The position numbers were made by a program, and so were the translations under genes. From contig NC_052160.1 in NCBI RefSeq assembly GCF_902713615.1, positions 137,806,737 to 137,870,736 of the forward strand: a stretch of 64,000 nt of DNA. The letters run 5' to 3'. The notes beneath the pieces were generated by a model. The model ran no database searches and had not been told where the DNA came from. It saw only the letters and a program-made list of their open reading frames with translations. Below, in pieces: positions 14,025-25,096 of this stretch; positions within the stretch are counted from its first letter, which is position 1; each line of letters opens with the position of its first letter. This DNA comes from Scyliorhinus canicula. Taxonomy: Eukaryota.

Positions 14025-14952
14025 AGGTTGCTGGGCGGGCCTCTCCGGGTCGGGTCGCTGGGCGGGGTCTCTCCGGGTCGGGTTGCTGGGCGGGGCCTCT
14101 CCGGGTCGGGTCGCTGGGCGGGCCTCTCCAGGTCGCTGGGCGGGGTCTCTCCGGGTCGGGTCGTTGGGCGGGTCTCTCCGGGTCGGGTCGTTGGGCGGGT
14201 CTCTCCGGGTCGGGTCGCTGGGCGGGGCCTCTCCGGGTCGGGTCGCTGGGCGGGCCTCTCCGGGTCGGGTCGCTGGGCGGGCCTCTCCGGGTCGGGTCGC
14301 TGGGCGGGCCTCTCTGGGTCGAGTTGCTGGGCGGGGCCTCTCCGGGTCGGGTCGCTGGGCGGGCTTCTCCGGGTCGGGTCGCTGGGCGGGGCCTCTCCGG
14401 GTCGGGTCGCTGGGCGGGGCCTCTCCGGGTCGGGTCGCTGGGCGGGCTTCTCCGGGTCGGGTCGCTGGGCGGGGCCTCTCCGGGTCGGGTCGCTGGGCGG
14501 GGCCTCTCCGGGTCGGGTCGCTGGGCGGGGCCTCTCCGGGTCGGGTCGCTGGGCGGGGCCTCTCCGGGTCGGGTCGCTGGGCGGGTCTCTCCGGGTCGGG
14601 TCGTTGGGCGGGTCTCTCCGGGTCGGGTCGCTGGGCGGGGTCTCTCCGGGTCGGGTCGCTGGGCGGGGTCTCTCCGGGTCGGGTCGCTGGGCGGGTCTCT
14701 CCGGGTCGGGTCGCTGGGCGGGGTCTCTCCGGGTCGGGTCGTTGGGCGGGTCTCTCCGGGTCGGGTCGCTGGGCGGGGTCTCTCCGGGTCGGGTCGTTGG
14801 GCGGGGCCTCTCCGGGTCGGGTCGTTGGGCGGGGCCTCTCCGGGTCGGGTCGCTGGGCGGGGTCTCTCCGGGTCGGGTTGCTGGGCGGGGCCTCTCCGGG
14901 TCGGGTCGTTGGGCGGGCCTCTCCGGGTCGGGTCGCTGGGCGGGTCTCTCGG
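14025..14952. repeat. GC-rich minisatellite, ~28-29-bp unit, ~32 copies, in the LINE 5' region
   Basis: Unit GTCGGGTCGCTGGGCGGG(G)CCTCTCCGG. Confidence 0.95.
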
Positions 14953-17933
14953 GGTCGCGTTGGGCCGGGTCTTGCCGTCGGCGGTCGGGTCGGGAGCTCC
15001 GGGGACTAGACCGGGCGATCCGGGGGCTGGCGTCGGTAGTTAGGCCGGGTTTGGAGCTCCGAGGCCCGGGTCAGCTCCAAATCGAAGTCTTCACTTGCGG
15101 TTTGGGCCCGATCTTCTTTCAGGTCATGGAGGTCAGGTCGGGTCGGGTCAAAAGGTCTCCAAGGGCCTCGGAGGATCTTCAAGACTGCAAGAGAAGATAA
15201 AAGAGAGAGGTTAGTAATAATATTAGCTTTAGAATTAATTTTTAAAAGGTTAGAACAAGTATAAGTTAAGTTAAAAGTGGATCTGTTGGGGAGAGCTGGC
15301 AGAGAGTCACCTCGCTCCGGCGCCATCTTGCACGTGACGCGTATGCGACAGGAGCCCATGAGGAGACGTCGTCACGTTGAAGGAGCACTGCTCCAAAGCC
15401 GGACTGACTGGCATCCGTGGAAATCTTTGTTTCCTTGGCCGGATTGAAAAATGCCAACACTGGGGCCTTGGTCAGCTTTGCCCTGAGTTCTCGCCATTCT
15501 TGTTCGTGGGCGGGGAGCCATTGGAACTCTGTCGACTTCTTGACCAGGTTCCTGAGAGCCGTGGTGTGGGAAGCGAGGTAGGGATGAATTTCCCGAGGAA
15601 ATTGACCATGCCCAGGAAGCGGAGGACCGCCTTCTTGTCCTCATGGCCTTAATGGCAGATACCTTGTCAGCATCCGGCTGCACGCCAAACTGTGAGATGT
15701 GGTCTTCGAGGAATTTAATTTCTGTTTGACCAAAGGAGCATTTGGCCCTGTTGAGGCGGAGGCCATGCTTATGGATCCGTTGGAAGACGCGTTGGAGGCG
15801 ATCAATGTGCTCCTGCGGGGTGGTAGACCAGACGATGATGTTGTCCACATACGCGAACCCCTTCGATACCTTCCATCATCTGTTCCATAATTCTGTGGAA
15901 TACTTCCGATGCAGAGATGATGCCAAACGGCAGCCGGTTGTAACAATACCGGCCAAATAGGTTGTTAAAGGTGCAGAGCTTCCGACTGGATGCGTTGAGT
16001 TGGATCTGCCAGAACCCGTTGGATGTGTTTAGCTTGGTGAAAGATTTGGCGCGAGCCATCTCACAGGTGAGTTCTTCGCGCTTTGGAATGGGATAGTGTT
16101 CTCTCATAACATTGCGGTTGAGGTCCTTAGGATCAATACATATACGTAATTCGCCGGATGGTTTTTTCACGCACACCATGGAGCTGACCCAGTCAGTCGG
16201 TTCCATAACTTTTGAAATTACTCCCTGGTCCTGGAGGTCCTGCAGCTGCTGCTTGCAGGTGGTCCTTGAGGGGTGCTAGGACCCTGTGAGGTACGTGCAC
16301 CACAGGCGTGGCATTTGGTTTTAACAAGATTTCATAAGTGTATGGGAGTGTGCCCATGCCCTCGAATACACGGTGGTATCGGTTGATGATGGCGTCCAGC
16401 TGTGTGCGAAAGACACCGTCCTGAGATGCGGAAGCATCAGCGGGTGACAGGGAGTGAACCCTTTGGACAAGGTTTCGGAGTTTGCATGCTTGCGCACCAA
16501 GTAGGGAGGCTTTAGAGGATCCCACTATTTCGAATGGCAGGTTAGCCTTTAATGACCGGTGCGACATTTCAAGCTGGCAAGAGCCACTGGCAGCAATGGC
16601 ATTGCCATTATTGTCCAGAAGCTGGCAGGCGGATGCCAGGATGGTAGGCTTAACATGGAGGCTTTCGAGGTCACACCGCGCAATGAGGTTGGCTGAAGCG
16701 CCGGTGTCCAGGCGGAATCGGATGCGAGATCGGTTGACCGTGAGGGTGGCACACCACTCGTCGTCCGGATCAATGCTGAATATTGGGAGAGACTTGGCTT
16801 TTGTCTTCGGGAGCATCTTGTGTTTGGTGATGGTGCCCACTCAAAATGGTGCTTTAGGGTTCTCGGTGTCAAGGTCCGGAATCAAGTCGGAGTCGGAATC
16901 GGTGACCGGTGGCTGGATGGCTCGGACATCCCTGCGTGGCCGGTTGGAACGACGAGAGGTAGTAGGTTGAGCAGACCTACATAAGGCAGCATAGTGGCCA
17001 AGCTAGCCTCATTGGAGACAGCGTCGGGATTTGGCAGGACATTGCCGTTTTAAATGGACGGAGCCACAGTTGCCGCACGTCGTAACGTCAGAACGTTCGG
17101 TGCGCCACCGCGCATGCGTGGTGCGGTCGTACGTGGTGCGCGCCTGCGCAGTGCAATCTTTGGCATCGCCGTCCCCTCGGTCAGTGCGCACATGCACGGG
17201 AGCCCGCGAAAAGCGCGCGAAATGGCCGCACTCATCCAAGCTCAGGCCCTGGAGCTGTTTAATGGTTTGCACCCGCTCTGCCTCGTGGGGGCCTTGCCGT
17301 GCCGTTTCAGCCGCTTGAATGTGCGAGTATCGGTTAGTGGCGTGTTCATGCAGAACGCAGTTCTCGATGGCTATAGCAAGGGTGAGCTGTTTAAACTTGA
17401 GGAGCTGCTGGCGTAGGGGGTCAGATTGCACACCGAAAACGATCTGGTCACGGATCATCGAATCGGAGGTGGAGCCGTAATTGCAGGACTGCGCAAGGTT
17501 GCAAAGGTGGGTGAGGAAAGATTGAAAAGGTTCATCCTTACCCAGCAAACGCTGTTGAAAAGCACAGCGCTCAAAACTTTCATTTACCTCGATGTCGCAG
17601 TGACTGTCGAATTTGAGCAGGACTGTCTTGAACTTGGACTTGTCTTCACCGTCAGCGAAAGTGAGAGAGTTGAAGATATGAATGGCGTGATCCCCGGCCG
17701 TGGAAAGGAAGCGAGCGATCCTCCTGGCATCTCAAGCAGCTTCCAGGTCTGTAGCTCCAAGGTAAAGCTGGAATCGTTGTTTAAAGATTTTCCAATTCGC
17801 ACCGAGGTTGCCGGTGATGTGGAGCGGCGGGGGAGGGCAGACGCTGTCCATATTACCGGATGGCTGATTGCTGGTCGAAGGCAGATCACTTGAAGGTTGG
17901 TCTATTAAACTGTAACATCACGTACTGGTACCA

Positions 17934-18337
17934 TGATGTGTTGGGTACTCTGGATCTGTGGAGACTGCGTTTACCTTAGCAGTAACATAGACAGGCTACC
18001 AACACTTGTAATCGTACAACTCTATTTTATTTAACTGAGAGCTGTTAAACATACTCGCACTGTGGGTCGACACTATGTTAGATTGACTGACGACCTATGC
18101 CTAACCTGACCAGTCTAAACTGTTAGCACATGGTGGATGTTTGTGCTACTGACTGCGGGCTCTGTCTGTCTCAGAGGCTGCATCCCGAATGAGCGGGAAA
18201 ACTAGTGCCCTCTGGCTTTATAGTGAGCGTGCCCTAACTGGTGATTGGCTGCTGTGTTGTGTGTGTTGATTGGTCTTGCAGTGTGTCAGTTAGTGTGTGT
18301 CTCTGCACCATTATATACTGATTTGTATATTATGACA
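17934..18337 (-). repeat. 5' LTR of Gypsy A (404 bp)
   Basis: TGTCATAAT...ACACATCA on the minus strand; matches 4975-5257 at roughly 93% by eye. Confidence 0.88.
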
Positions 18338-18339
18338 TA

Positions 18340-19967
18340 CATGGGTTTAGATCCTTTATTTTCATTCTTTTGTTTTCTTTCTGCCCTTATCTATTTCTAA
18401 GTCCCCCCTCCCGTCCCCTTTCCCCACCCTTCCCGTAGCCCGCTTCCCTCTATCCCCCTTCCCCCTGCTTCTCTCCCCCTTACCTCCGTCACCGTTTTTT
18501 GTGCCTCCCCCTCCCCCACTTGCAGGTGCTGTTCCCCTTGCTAGGGGTGCGCCGTTGCTTCTGTCTGCTCCATCAGTCATGGTGCTAATTATGCCGCTAG
18601 TGTGGTGACTCCCCTCCCGGAGTTACTATCCTTCTGTTCCTCGCCCACTCTCTGGAATTCCTACCTGCCATATCCCCGGATTACCCGGTATTTTTCCTGG
18701 GTGCCACTCTGCCTTCCCTCTGTCGCTACCCTCATTGTCCCGAACGAGGCCACGTTCTCACACGTAAAGCGGTCTCTTTGGTGGGGGCTTGCTGTTGGTC
18801 GTACAGGTTGTGGTGGGGGGAGGGGGGGTGCGGAGAGGGGGTTCTTATTTCCTCCGCCCCCTCCCCTCCCCATTGTAGCCATCTCAGATGGCCACCTGCA
18901 AAGGACCATGGGAATTATGGCCAACCCAGGACTCAGACACACTCAGAGCTTGTGTGTGTATTTGCAACTCAGATAGTTAGACGCGATCGAAACCTCCGCT
19001 CGTTTGCATTCTAATGGCCCATTTCCCCAGAACAAAAGGACTGTACTCAGGTAACCGTTACAGATGCAGACTAACCGACACCACTCCCTTTGCTAAGAAA
19101 GCCCAAACAGCAAAGGTCAATGAATGCTCAGGACACGCCCGGCCTTCAAGGCATCCACCCCTTTATTGGCCAAAATTGAAGGGAGTGATCGAAGCCTGTC
19201 GAATTATTGGGTCCAAAGCTAAGGACAGCCCCAAAGAGGGCGAAATCCCAGAGGGATAAAAAGAGACACAGTCATGTGTTCAGTCTCTCTTGGCCCTGGC
19301 GCTCGGTCTCTCTTGGCCCCGACCTACACCTAAAGCCAAGTGCAGCATTACGACCAGAAGACAAGTTCAAGACCAACAGTCGCTACCAGACGGATGAGCC
19401 CAGCAGAAACGAAGCCACTTCTTCTACCCAGCCACGCAAGATCCGAACAACGGCCTTGTTCATCTGCAAAGAGCCGGTTGCACTGAAGTTAAGTACAGGT
19501 TATTGTAGCTGTTAGGTGTAGTTTAACTTGTAGTGTTTTGTGTTGCATTTCGAAGTAATCCTTGTGTGTAAATAAACTATCCTTGAACTTGAACTAACTA
19601 ACTGGTTGTTTGGTCTTTGATCGATATCCGGTAAAGCCTTGTGGTGGTACCATTTGATACCTGCCGACTCTGAAAAGCAATATTATCATTAATAACTATC
19701 ATATCTAGTTAATTTGGCAACATTATTGGCATCTCTGGTACCGATTGGCAACACCATGTCAGCCCATTGCTCGGCCCCTGGATTGACTTTTGCCAGGCAT
19801 TTTTCCCCGTCTCTCTTTTTCCCCCTATTCCACTAAGGTCGGGGGGTTGAGTTGTTAAGTTCTTCGGCGAATGTTTGGCGAAAAATAGCTATTTTGCAGG
19901 TCCACGGGGAGGAGAGCCACCTGATGTGGGACAGCTCAGCACATCGTCGTCACCGGAAGTCTCCTGA
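18340..19967 (-). mobile_element. Probable 5' fragment of an L1-clade LINE, interrupted by a solo LTR
   Basis: Minus strand begins GACTTCCGGTG (typical fish/shark L1 5' end), then purine-rich sequence; no clean ORF. Confidence 0.4.
18874..19753 (+). mobile_element. Solo LTR (880 bp)
   Basis: TGTAGCC...GGCAACA termini, 4-bp TSD CCAT, AATAAA at ~19571. Confidence 0.75.
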
Positions 19968-20450
19968 CTATTTTCTTTAGTATAAAAGCAGTTCAGCAGC
20001 TAATCTCAGACCCAATGGTTCTGACGATGAAAACTGAAACTCCATTTGACCTACAAGTAACAAACTCACATTGGTTGTATATTTTTAGTGTTTATCCAAA
20101 GCGATGCTCAGTTTGTGTCCAATAGGCTTGGAGTTGGGTTCCCTTCATCCACTTTGAAAATTCACCCGAACGTTCTGAGCAATTTCACTGCAGCTACAGA
20201 AATAGAAATGGTTCACTAAACGTAGACCCACACACCTCTGAAATATTAAATTAAAGGTTTAGTATGAGCAGGAATTGAACGCAGGAGCCTTCAATGATTG
20301 CAGTGCATGTTACACTATAATCCAGTCCATACATTAAAAACAGAAAATAATTTTGACATTTTTAACATTTGGTTGGTTCATTATGTTTTGAGCAATGAAA
20401 AGATGCTGAATTTTGAACTTTTATTGATTGTGTTTCTCATCTATCAACAG

Positions 20451-20777
20451 GTACATGGGAGCCAATTGTATCAGAGATCAGTGGTGTTGTGGGAAATGTC
20501 GCCACTGTACCATGTCTGTACACGGAGGAGGAGAATTACTATAAGAAATTCCTGTGTAAAGTCACCTCTATAAATAAATGCACCATTATTGCCAGCTCTG
20601 ATGGGGCTGTAAACAATCTGCAAAATGGGAGTGTTTCAATCACTATTAACAATTCTCAGAATTTTACTGTTACCCTGGGCAACATTAATAAAGCTGATGA
20701 AGGAGAGTACTGGTGTGGAGCAGTAAGAATAACGAACATAAAGATCGTCCAGGTAAAAAATCTGACAACTGCTGAAG
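20451..20777 (+). CDS. Gene 1 exon: Ig V-type domain 2
   Basis: 327-nt phase 1-1 exon (caacAG / GTaagg); VPCLY...KKFLC-x7-C...DEGEYWC; sequons NGS, NNS, NFT, NLT; paralog at 41158-41484. Confidence 0.85.
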
Positions 20778-21217
20778 GTAAGGGTCAATATAAAATTATT
20801 ATCATTCAATCAGTGTTGAATAAAACTCACAAAACAATAACAATTGGTCAATGCTTAGTTCTTTATTTACACATTGCGGCCACCCTACTTCATCTCAACC
20901 TTTCAGCCCATCCTTCTCTTACTTTCCCCCTCGCTAAGTTTAGCTCAATTTCCCCCGAAGAGCATCTATGAAATTTGTCACAATTACACCTTGTGGTACA
21001 GGTAGAACGTCTCAGATCCGCTGACCAAAAAAACAACAGTGTCCGTCCACAAACCAGACATTTTTAGGATGCTCAAGGCACCAATTTTAACTGAGTGAAA
21101 TTTTTTAAAACGCACTGGACAACTCATCTAGGTGCCACGTTGGCATGATGTGGCTCCAGACTAGATACTGGCTTCACCATCCACTCTATCCGCCGCTCCA
21201 TATGATCCTTACACCAG

Positions 21218-21356
21218 CTGACCCGGCCTCACATGAACCATCCGTGGCCTGGACTGCCCACCCTGCACCCCAGCAAGATCTGAAAGCCATGACTGGATTG
21301 GAGGTACTGTCCCTAGTTCCACATTTAACAAGTTCCAGCTTCTATCAGCTCTCTGG
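21218..21356 (+). CDS. Gene 1 candidate Pro/Ser/Thr-rich stalk exon (uncertain)
   Basis: ttacaccAG / GTaaag, phase 1-2, open (ADPASHEPSVAWTAHPAPQQ...SSSFYQLSG); also open at 41925-42063; an internal 30-nt phase 1-1 alternative at 21274-21303 is also possible. Confidence 0.35.
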
Positions 21357-21613
21357 GTAAAGTCTTCAAAAATTTCACTAATACTACAAGAAAATATAAA
21401 TGTTAAAAATAAATTGAAAGTTTGTGCAATACCTCACAGATTATTGTCCTCCCAACACTATAAGCTCTTTGTGAAGGCCCCTCAGAATCTATTTTTTCCT
21501 CAGCTTTAAACACCCAGGTTCATTTTCCATAAGTACAGTACACCAAAGATAATAATGGTGGTGGTTGGTAGTTATTCATCAAATTATTCATTTATCTTTA
21601 CTTCCAACAATAG

Positions 21614-21644
21614 GAAGACCAAATGGTTCCAACGATACCTCAAG
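21614..21644 (+). CDS. Gene 1 31-nt stalk micro-exon (GRPNGSNDTS)
   Basis: aatAG / GTaaga; phase 1-2 joins V2 to the TM exon in frame; exon identical at 42478-42508; two N-glycosylation sequons. Confidence 0.7.
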
Positions 21645-21964
21645 GTAAGATTTTAATTTGCAACTTCGAAATATCAATCTTGTGCCATCCTCATTGAAGC
21701 CACGGTTGTTAGATAATCCTGCTTTCCTCACAGGTCATGATGAGCAACGTGATGTTATTAAATTACTATAATCCACGCAATTCAGGACGCATCCATTCAG
21801 GACGGGTTGCATCTGAACCAGAGGGGCACCAATATCCTGGGGGGGAGGTTTTCTAGTACTCTTCGGGAGGGTTTAAACTAATTTGGCAGGGGAATGGGAA
21901 CCGGATCTGTAATCCAGCAACTAAGGTAGACGATAGTCAGGACACCAAAGCACATAGCGATGCA

Positions 21965-24769
21965 GTGGGGAAGGTAACAATGACAAAGGAGAGTACTTGC
22001 AGGCAAGGAGATGGGTTGAAGTGTGTATACTTTAATGCAAGAAGCATCAGGAATAAGGTGGGTGAACTTAAGGCATGGATCTGTACTTGGGACTACGATG
22101 TGGTGGCCATCACAGAAACTTGGATAGAAGAGGGGCAGAAATGGTTGTTGGAGGTCCCTGGTTATAGATGTTTCAACAAGATTAGGGAGGATGGTAAAAG
22201 AGGTGGGGGGGTGGCATTGTTAATTAGAGATAGTATAACAGCTGCAGAAAGGCAGTTCGAGGGGGATGTGCCTACTGAGGTAATATGGGTTGAAGTTAGA
22301 AATAGGAAAGGAGCAGTCACCTTGTTGGGAGTTTTCTATAGGCCCCCCAATAGCAGCAGAGATGTGGAGGAACAGATTGGGAAACAGATTTTGGAAAGGT
22401 GCAGAAGTCACAGGGTAGTAGTCATGGGCGACTTCAACTTCCCAAACATTGAGTGGAAACGCTTTAGATCAAATAGTTTGGATGGGGTAGTGTTTGTGCA
22501 GTGTGTCCAGGAAGCTTTTCTAACACAGTATGTGGATTGTCCGACCAGAGGGGAGGCCATATTGGATTTAGTACTTGGTAATGAACCAGGGCAGGTGATA
22601 GATTTGTTAGTGGGGGAGCATTTTGGAGGTAGTGACCACAATTCTGTGACTTTCACTTTAGTAATGGAGAGGGATAGGTGCGAGCAACAGGGCAAGGTTT
22701 ATAATTGGGGGAAGGGTAAATACAATGCTGTCAGACAAGAATTGAAGTGCAGAAGTTGGGAACATAGCCTGTCAGGGAAGGACACAAGTGAAATGTGGAA
22801 CTTGTTCAAGGAACAGGTACTGCGTGTCTTTGATATGTATGTCCCTGTCAGGCAGGGAAGAGATGGTCGAGTGAGGGAACCATGGTTGACAAGAGAGGTT
22901 GAATGTCTTGTTAAGAGGAAGAAGGAGACTTATGTAAGGCTGAAGAAACAAGGTTCAGACAGGGCGCTGGAGGGATACAAGATAGCCAGGAGGGAACTGA
23001 AGAAAGGGATTAGGAGAGCTAAGAGAGGGCATGAAAAATCTTTGGCGGGTAGGATCAAGGAAAACCCCAAGGCCTTTTACACATATGTGAGAAATATGAG
23101 AATGACTGGAGCGAGGGTAGGTCCGATTAAGGACAGTAGCGGGAGATTGTGTATTGAGTCTGAAGAGATAGGAGAGGTCTTGAACAAGTATTTTTCTTCA
23201 GTATTTACAAACGAGAGGGGCCATATTGTTGGAGAGGACAGCGTGAAGCAGACTGATAAGCTTGAGGAGATACTTGTCAGGAAGGAAGATGTGTTGCGCG
23301 TTTTGAAAAACTTGAGGATAGACAAGTCCCCCGGGCCTGACGGGATATATCCAAGGATTCTATGGGAAGCAAGAAATGAAATTGCAGAGCCGTTGGCAAT
23401 GATCTTTTCGTCCTCGCTGTCAACAGGGGTGGTACCAGAGGATTGGAGAGTGGCGAATGTCGTGCCCCTGTTCAAAAAAGGGAATAGGGATAACCCTGGG
23501 AATTACAGGCCAGTTAGTCTTACTTCGGTGGTAGGCAAAGTAATGGAAAGGGTACTGAGGGATAGGATTTCTGAGCATCTGGAAAGGCATTGCTTGATTA
23601 GGGATAGTCAGCACGGATTTGTGAGGGGTAGGTCTTGCCTTACAAGTCTTATTGAATTATTTGAGGAGGTGACCAAGCATGTGGATGAAGGTAAAGCAGT
23701 GGATGTAGTGTACATGGATTTTAGTAAGGCATTTGATAAGGTTCCCCATGGTAGGCTTATGCAGAAAGTAAGGAGGCATGGGATAGTGGGAAATGTGGCC
23801 AGTTGGATAACAAACTGGCTAACCGATAGAAGACAGAGAGTTGTGGTGGATGGCAAATATTCAGCCTGGAGCCCAGTTATCAGTGGCGTACCGCAGGGAT
23901 CAGTTCTGGGTCCTCTGCTGTTTGTGATTTTCATTAATGACTTGGATGAGGGAGTTGAAGGGTGGGTCAGTAAATTTGCAGATGATACGAAGATTGGTGG
24001 AGTTGTGGATAGTGAGGAGGGCTGTTGTCGGCTTCAAAGTGACATAGATAGAATGCAGAGCTGGGCTGAGAAGTGGCAGATGGAGTTTAACCCTGACAAG
24101 TGTGAGGTTGTCCATTTTGGAAGGACAAATCTGAATGCAGAATACAGGGTTAATGGTAGGGTTCTTGGCAATGTGGAGGAGCAGAGAGATCTTGGGGTCT
24201 ATGTTCATAGTTCTTTGAAAGTTGCCACTCAAGTGGATAGAGCTGTGAAGAAGGCCTATGGTGTGCTAGCGTTCATTAGCAGAGGGATTGAATTTAAGAG
24301 CCGTGAGGTGATGATGCAGCTGTACAAAACCTTGGTCAGGCCACATTTGGAGTACTGTGTGCAGTTCTGGTCACCTCATTTTAGGAAGGATGTGGAAGCT
24401 TTGGAAAAGGTGCAAAGGAGATTTACCAGGATGTTGCCTGGAATGGAGAGTAGGTCATACGAGGAAAGGTTGAGGGTGCTAGGCCTTTTCTCATTAGAAC
24501 GGAGAAGGATGAGGGGCGACTTGATAGAGGTTTATAAGATGATCAGGGGAATAGATAGAGTAGACAGTCAGAGACTTTTTCCCCGGGTGGAACACACCAT
24601 TACAAGGGGACATAAATTTAAGATAAATGGTGGAAGATATAGAGGGGATGTCAGAGGTAGGTTCTTTACCCAGAGAGTAGTGGGGGCATGGAATGCACTG
24701 CCTGTGGTAGTAGTTGAGTCAGAAAATTTATGGACCTTCAAGCGGCTATTGGATAGGTACTTGGATTAG
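21965..24769 (+). CDS. CR1 ORF2 (APE endonuclease + reverse transcriptase), 934 aa, uninterrupted
   Basis: NARSI, ITETW, GDFN, SDH (APE); KSPGPDG, YRPVSLTS, DFSKAFD, PQGSVLGP, KFADD (RT); ORF track start is GTG, first ATG at 21980. Confidence 0.92.
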   Translation: MGKVTMTKESTCRQGDGLKCVYFNARSIRNKVGELKAWICTWDYDVVAITETWIEEGQKWLLEVPGYRCFNKIREDGKRGGGVALLIRDSITAAERQFEGDVPTEVIWVEVRNRKGAVTLLGVFYRPPNSSRDVEEQIGKQILERCRSHRVVVMGDFNFPNIEWKRFRSNSLDGVVFVQCVQEAFLTQYVDCPTRGEAILDLVLGNEPGQVIDLLVGEHFGGSDHNSVTFTLVMERDRCEQQGKVYNWGKGKYNAVRQELKCRSWEHSLSGKDTSEMWNLFKEQVLRVFDMYVPVRQGRDGRVREPWLTREVECLVKRKKETYVRLKKQGSDRALEGYKIARRELKKGIRRAKRGHEKSLAGRIKENPKAFYTYVRNMRMTGARVGPIKDSSGRLCIESEEIGEVLNKYFSSVFTNERGHIVGEDSVKQTDKLEEILVRKEDVLRVLKNLRIDKSPGPDGIYPRILWEARNEIAEPLAMIFSSSLSTGVVPEDWRVANVVPLFKKGNRDNPGNYRPVSLTSVVGKVMERVLRDRISEHLERHCLIRDSQHGFVRGRSCLTSLIELFEEVTKHVDEGKAVDVVYMDFSKAFDKVPHGRLMQKVRRHGIVGNVASWITNWLTDRRQRVVVDGKYSAWSPVISGVPQGSVLGPLLFVIFINDLDEGVEGWVSKFADDTKIGGVVDSEEGCCRLQSDIDRMQSWAEKWQMEFNPDKCEVVHFGRTNLNAEYRVNGRVLGNVEEQRDLGVYVHSSLKVATQVDRAVKKAYGVLAFISRGIEFKSREVMMQLYKTLVRPHLEYCVQFWSPHFRKDVEALEKVQRRFTRMLPGMESRSYEERLRVLGLFSLERRRMRGDLIEVYKMIRGIDRVDSQRLFPRVEHTITRGHKFKINGGRYRGDVRGRFFTQRVVGAWNALPVVVVESENLWTFKRLLDRYLD

Positions 24770-24802
24770 GGTAGAATAAGGGAGTGTAGGTTAACTTCTT
24801 AA

Positions 24803-25096
24803 GGGCAGCACGGTAGCATTGTGGATAGCACAATTGCTTCACAGCTCCAGGGTCCCAAGTTCGATTTCGACTTGGGTCACTGTCTGTGTGGAGTCTGCAC
24901 ATCCTCCCCGTGACTGCGTGGGTTTCCTCCGGTTACTCCGGTTTCCTCCCACAGTCCAAAGATGTGCAGGTTGGGTGGATTGGCCATGAAAAATTGTCCA
25001 AAATTCTATGATTAACCTAGGACAAAAGTTCGGCGCAACATCGTGGGCCGAAGGGCCTGTTCTTTGCTGTATTTCTCTAACTCTAACTAACTCTAA
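24803..25096 (+). mobile_element. HE1/V-SINE within the CR1 3'UTR
   Basis: tRNA-like head, V-domain (GTGGGTTTCCTCCGG...CCCACAGTCCAAAGATGTGCAGG), CR1-type tail. Confidence 0.8.

Larger units (their letters stand above)
7164..15327 (-). mobile_element. Rex1/Babar-type LINE, near full length, nested in Gypsy A
   Basis: Endonuclease start (LLANVQAIENKLDEL...CFTETWL) 13239-13565; RT 11869-13080 (PQGCVLSPLLY, KFADD); C-terminus 7398-7910 (KKAQQRLYFLRKLKK, FYRCTIESILSGCITAWYGNC); (TCCAA)n tail at ~7161-7191; TTG at both junctions restores the Gypsy frame SRAMTP. Confidence 0.85.
4975..18337 (-). mobile_element. Gypsy/Ty3 LTR retrotransposon A (degenerate, split by a nested LINE at ~7164-15327)
   Basis: 5' LTR 17934-18337, partial 3' LTR 4975-5257, PPT at 5258-5270, PBS-like TGGTACCAG at ~17916-17933; gag with Zn knuckle 17009-17890, protease LDTGA 16193-16840, RT 15372-16206, RNase H split at AYASRA|MTPTEQ, integrase 5524-6681. 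Confidence 0.92.
21781..25096 (+). mobile_element. CR1 LINE, 5'-truncated in ORF1, intact ORF2, specific to gene 1
   Basis: Starts in the ORF1 esterase tail (DGLHLN); ORF2 follows; (CTCTAA)-like tail; flanks join in the gene 2 paralog near 42800. Confidence 0.93.

Noticed and set aside
13796-15200. Three long overlapping ORFs of 386-415 aa
   Set aside because: Artefacts of a stop-free GC-rich 29-bp minisatellite; products simply repeat the unit in all frames
17916-17933. Assigning a specific primer tRNA to the Gypsy A PBS (TGGTACCAGTACGTG)
   Set aside because: Could not match it confidently to a tRNA 3' end without a database
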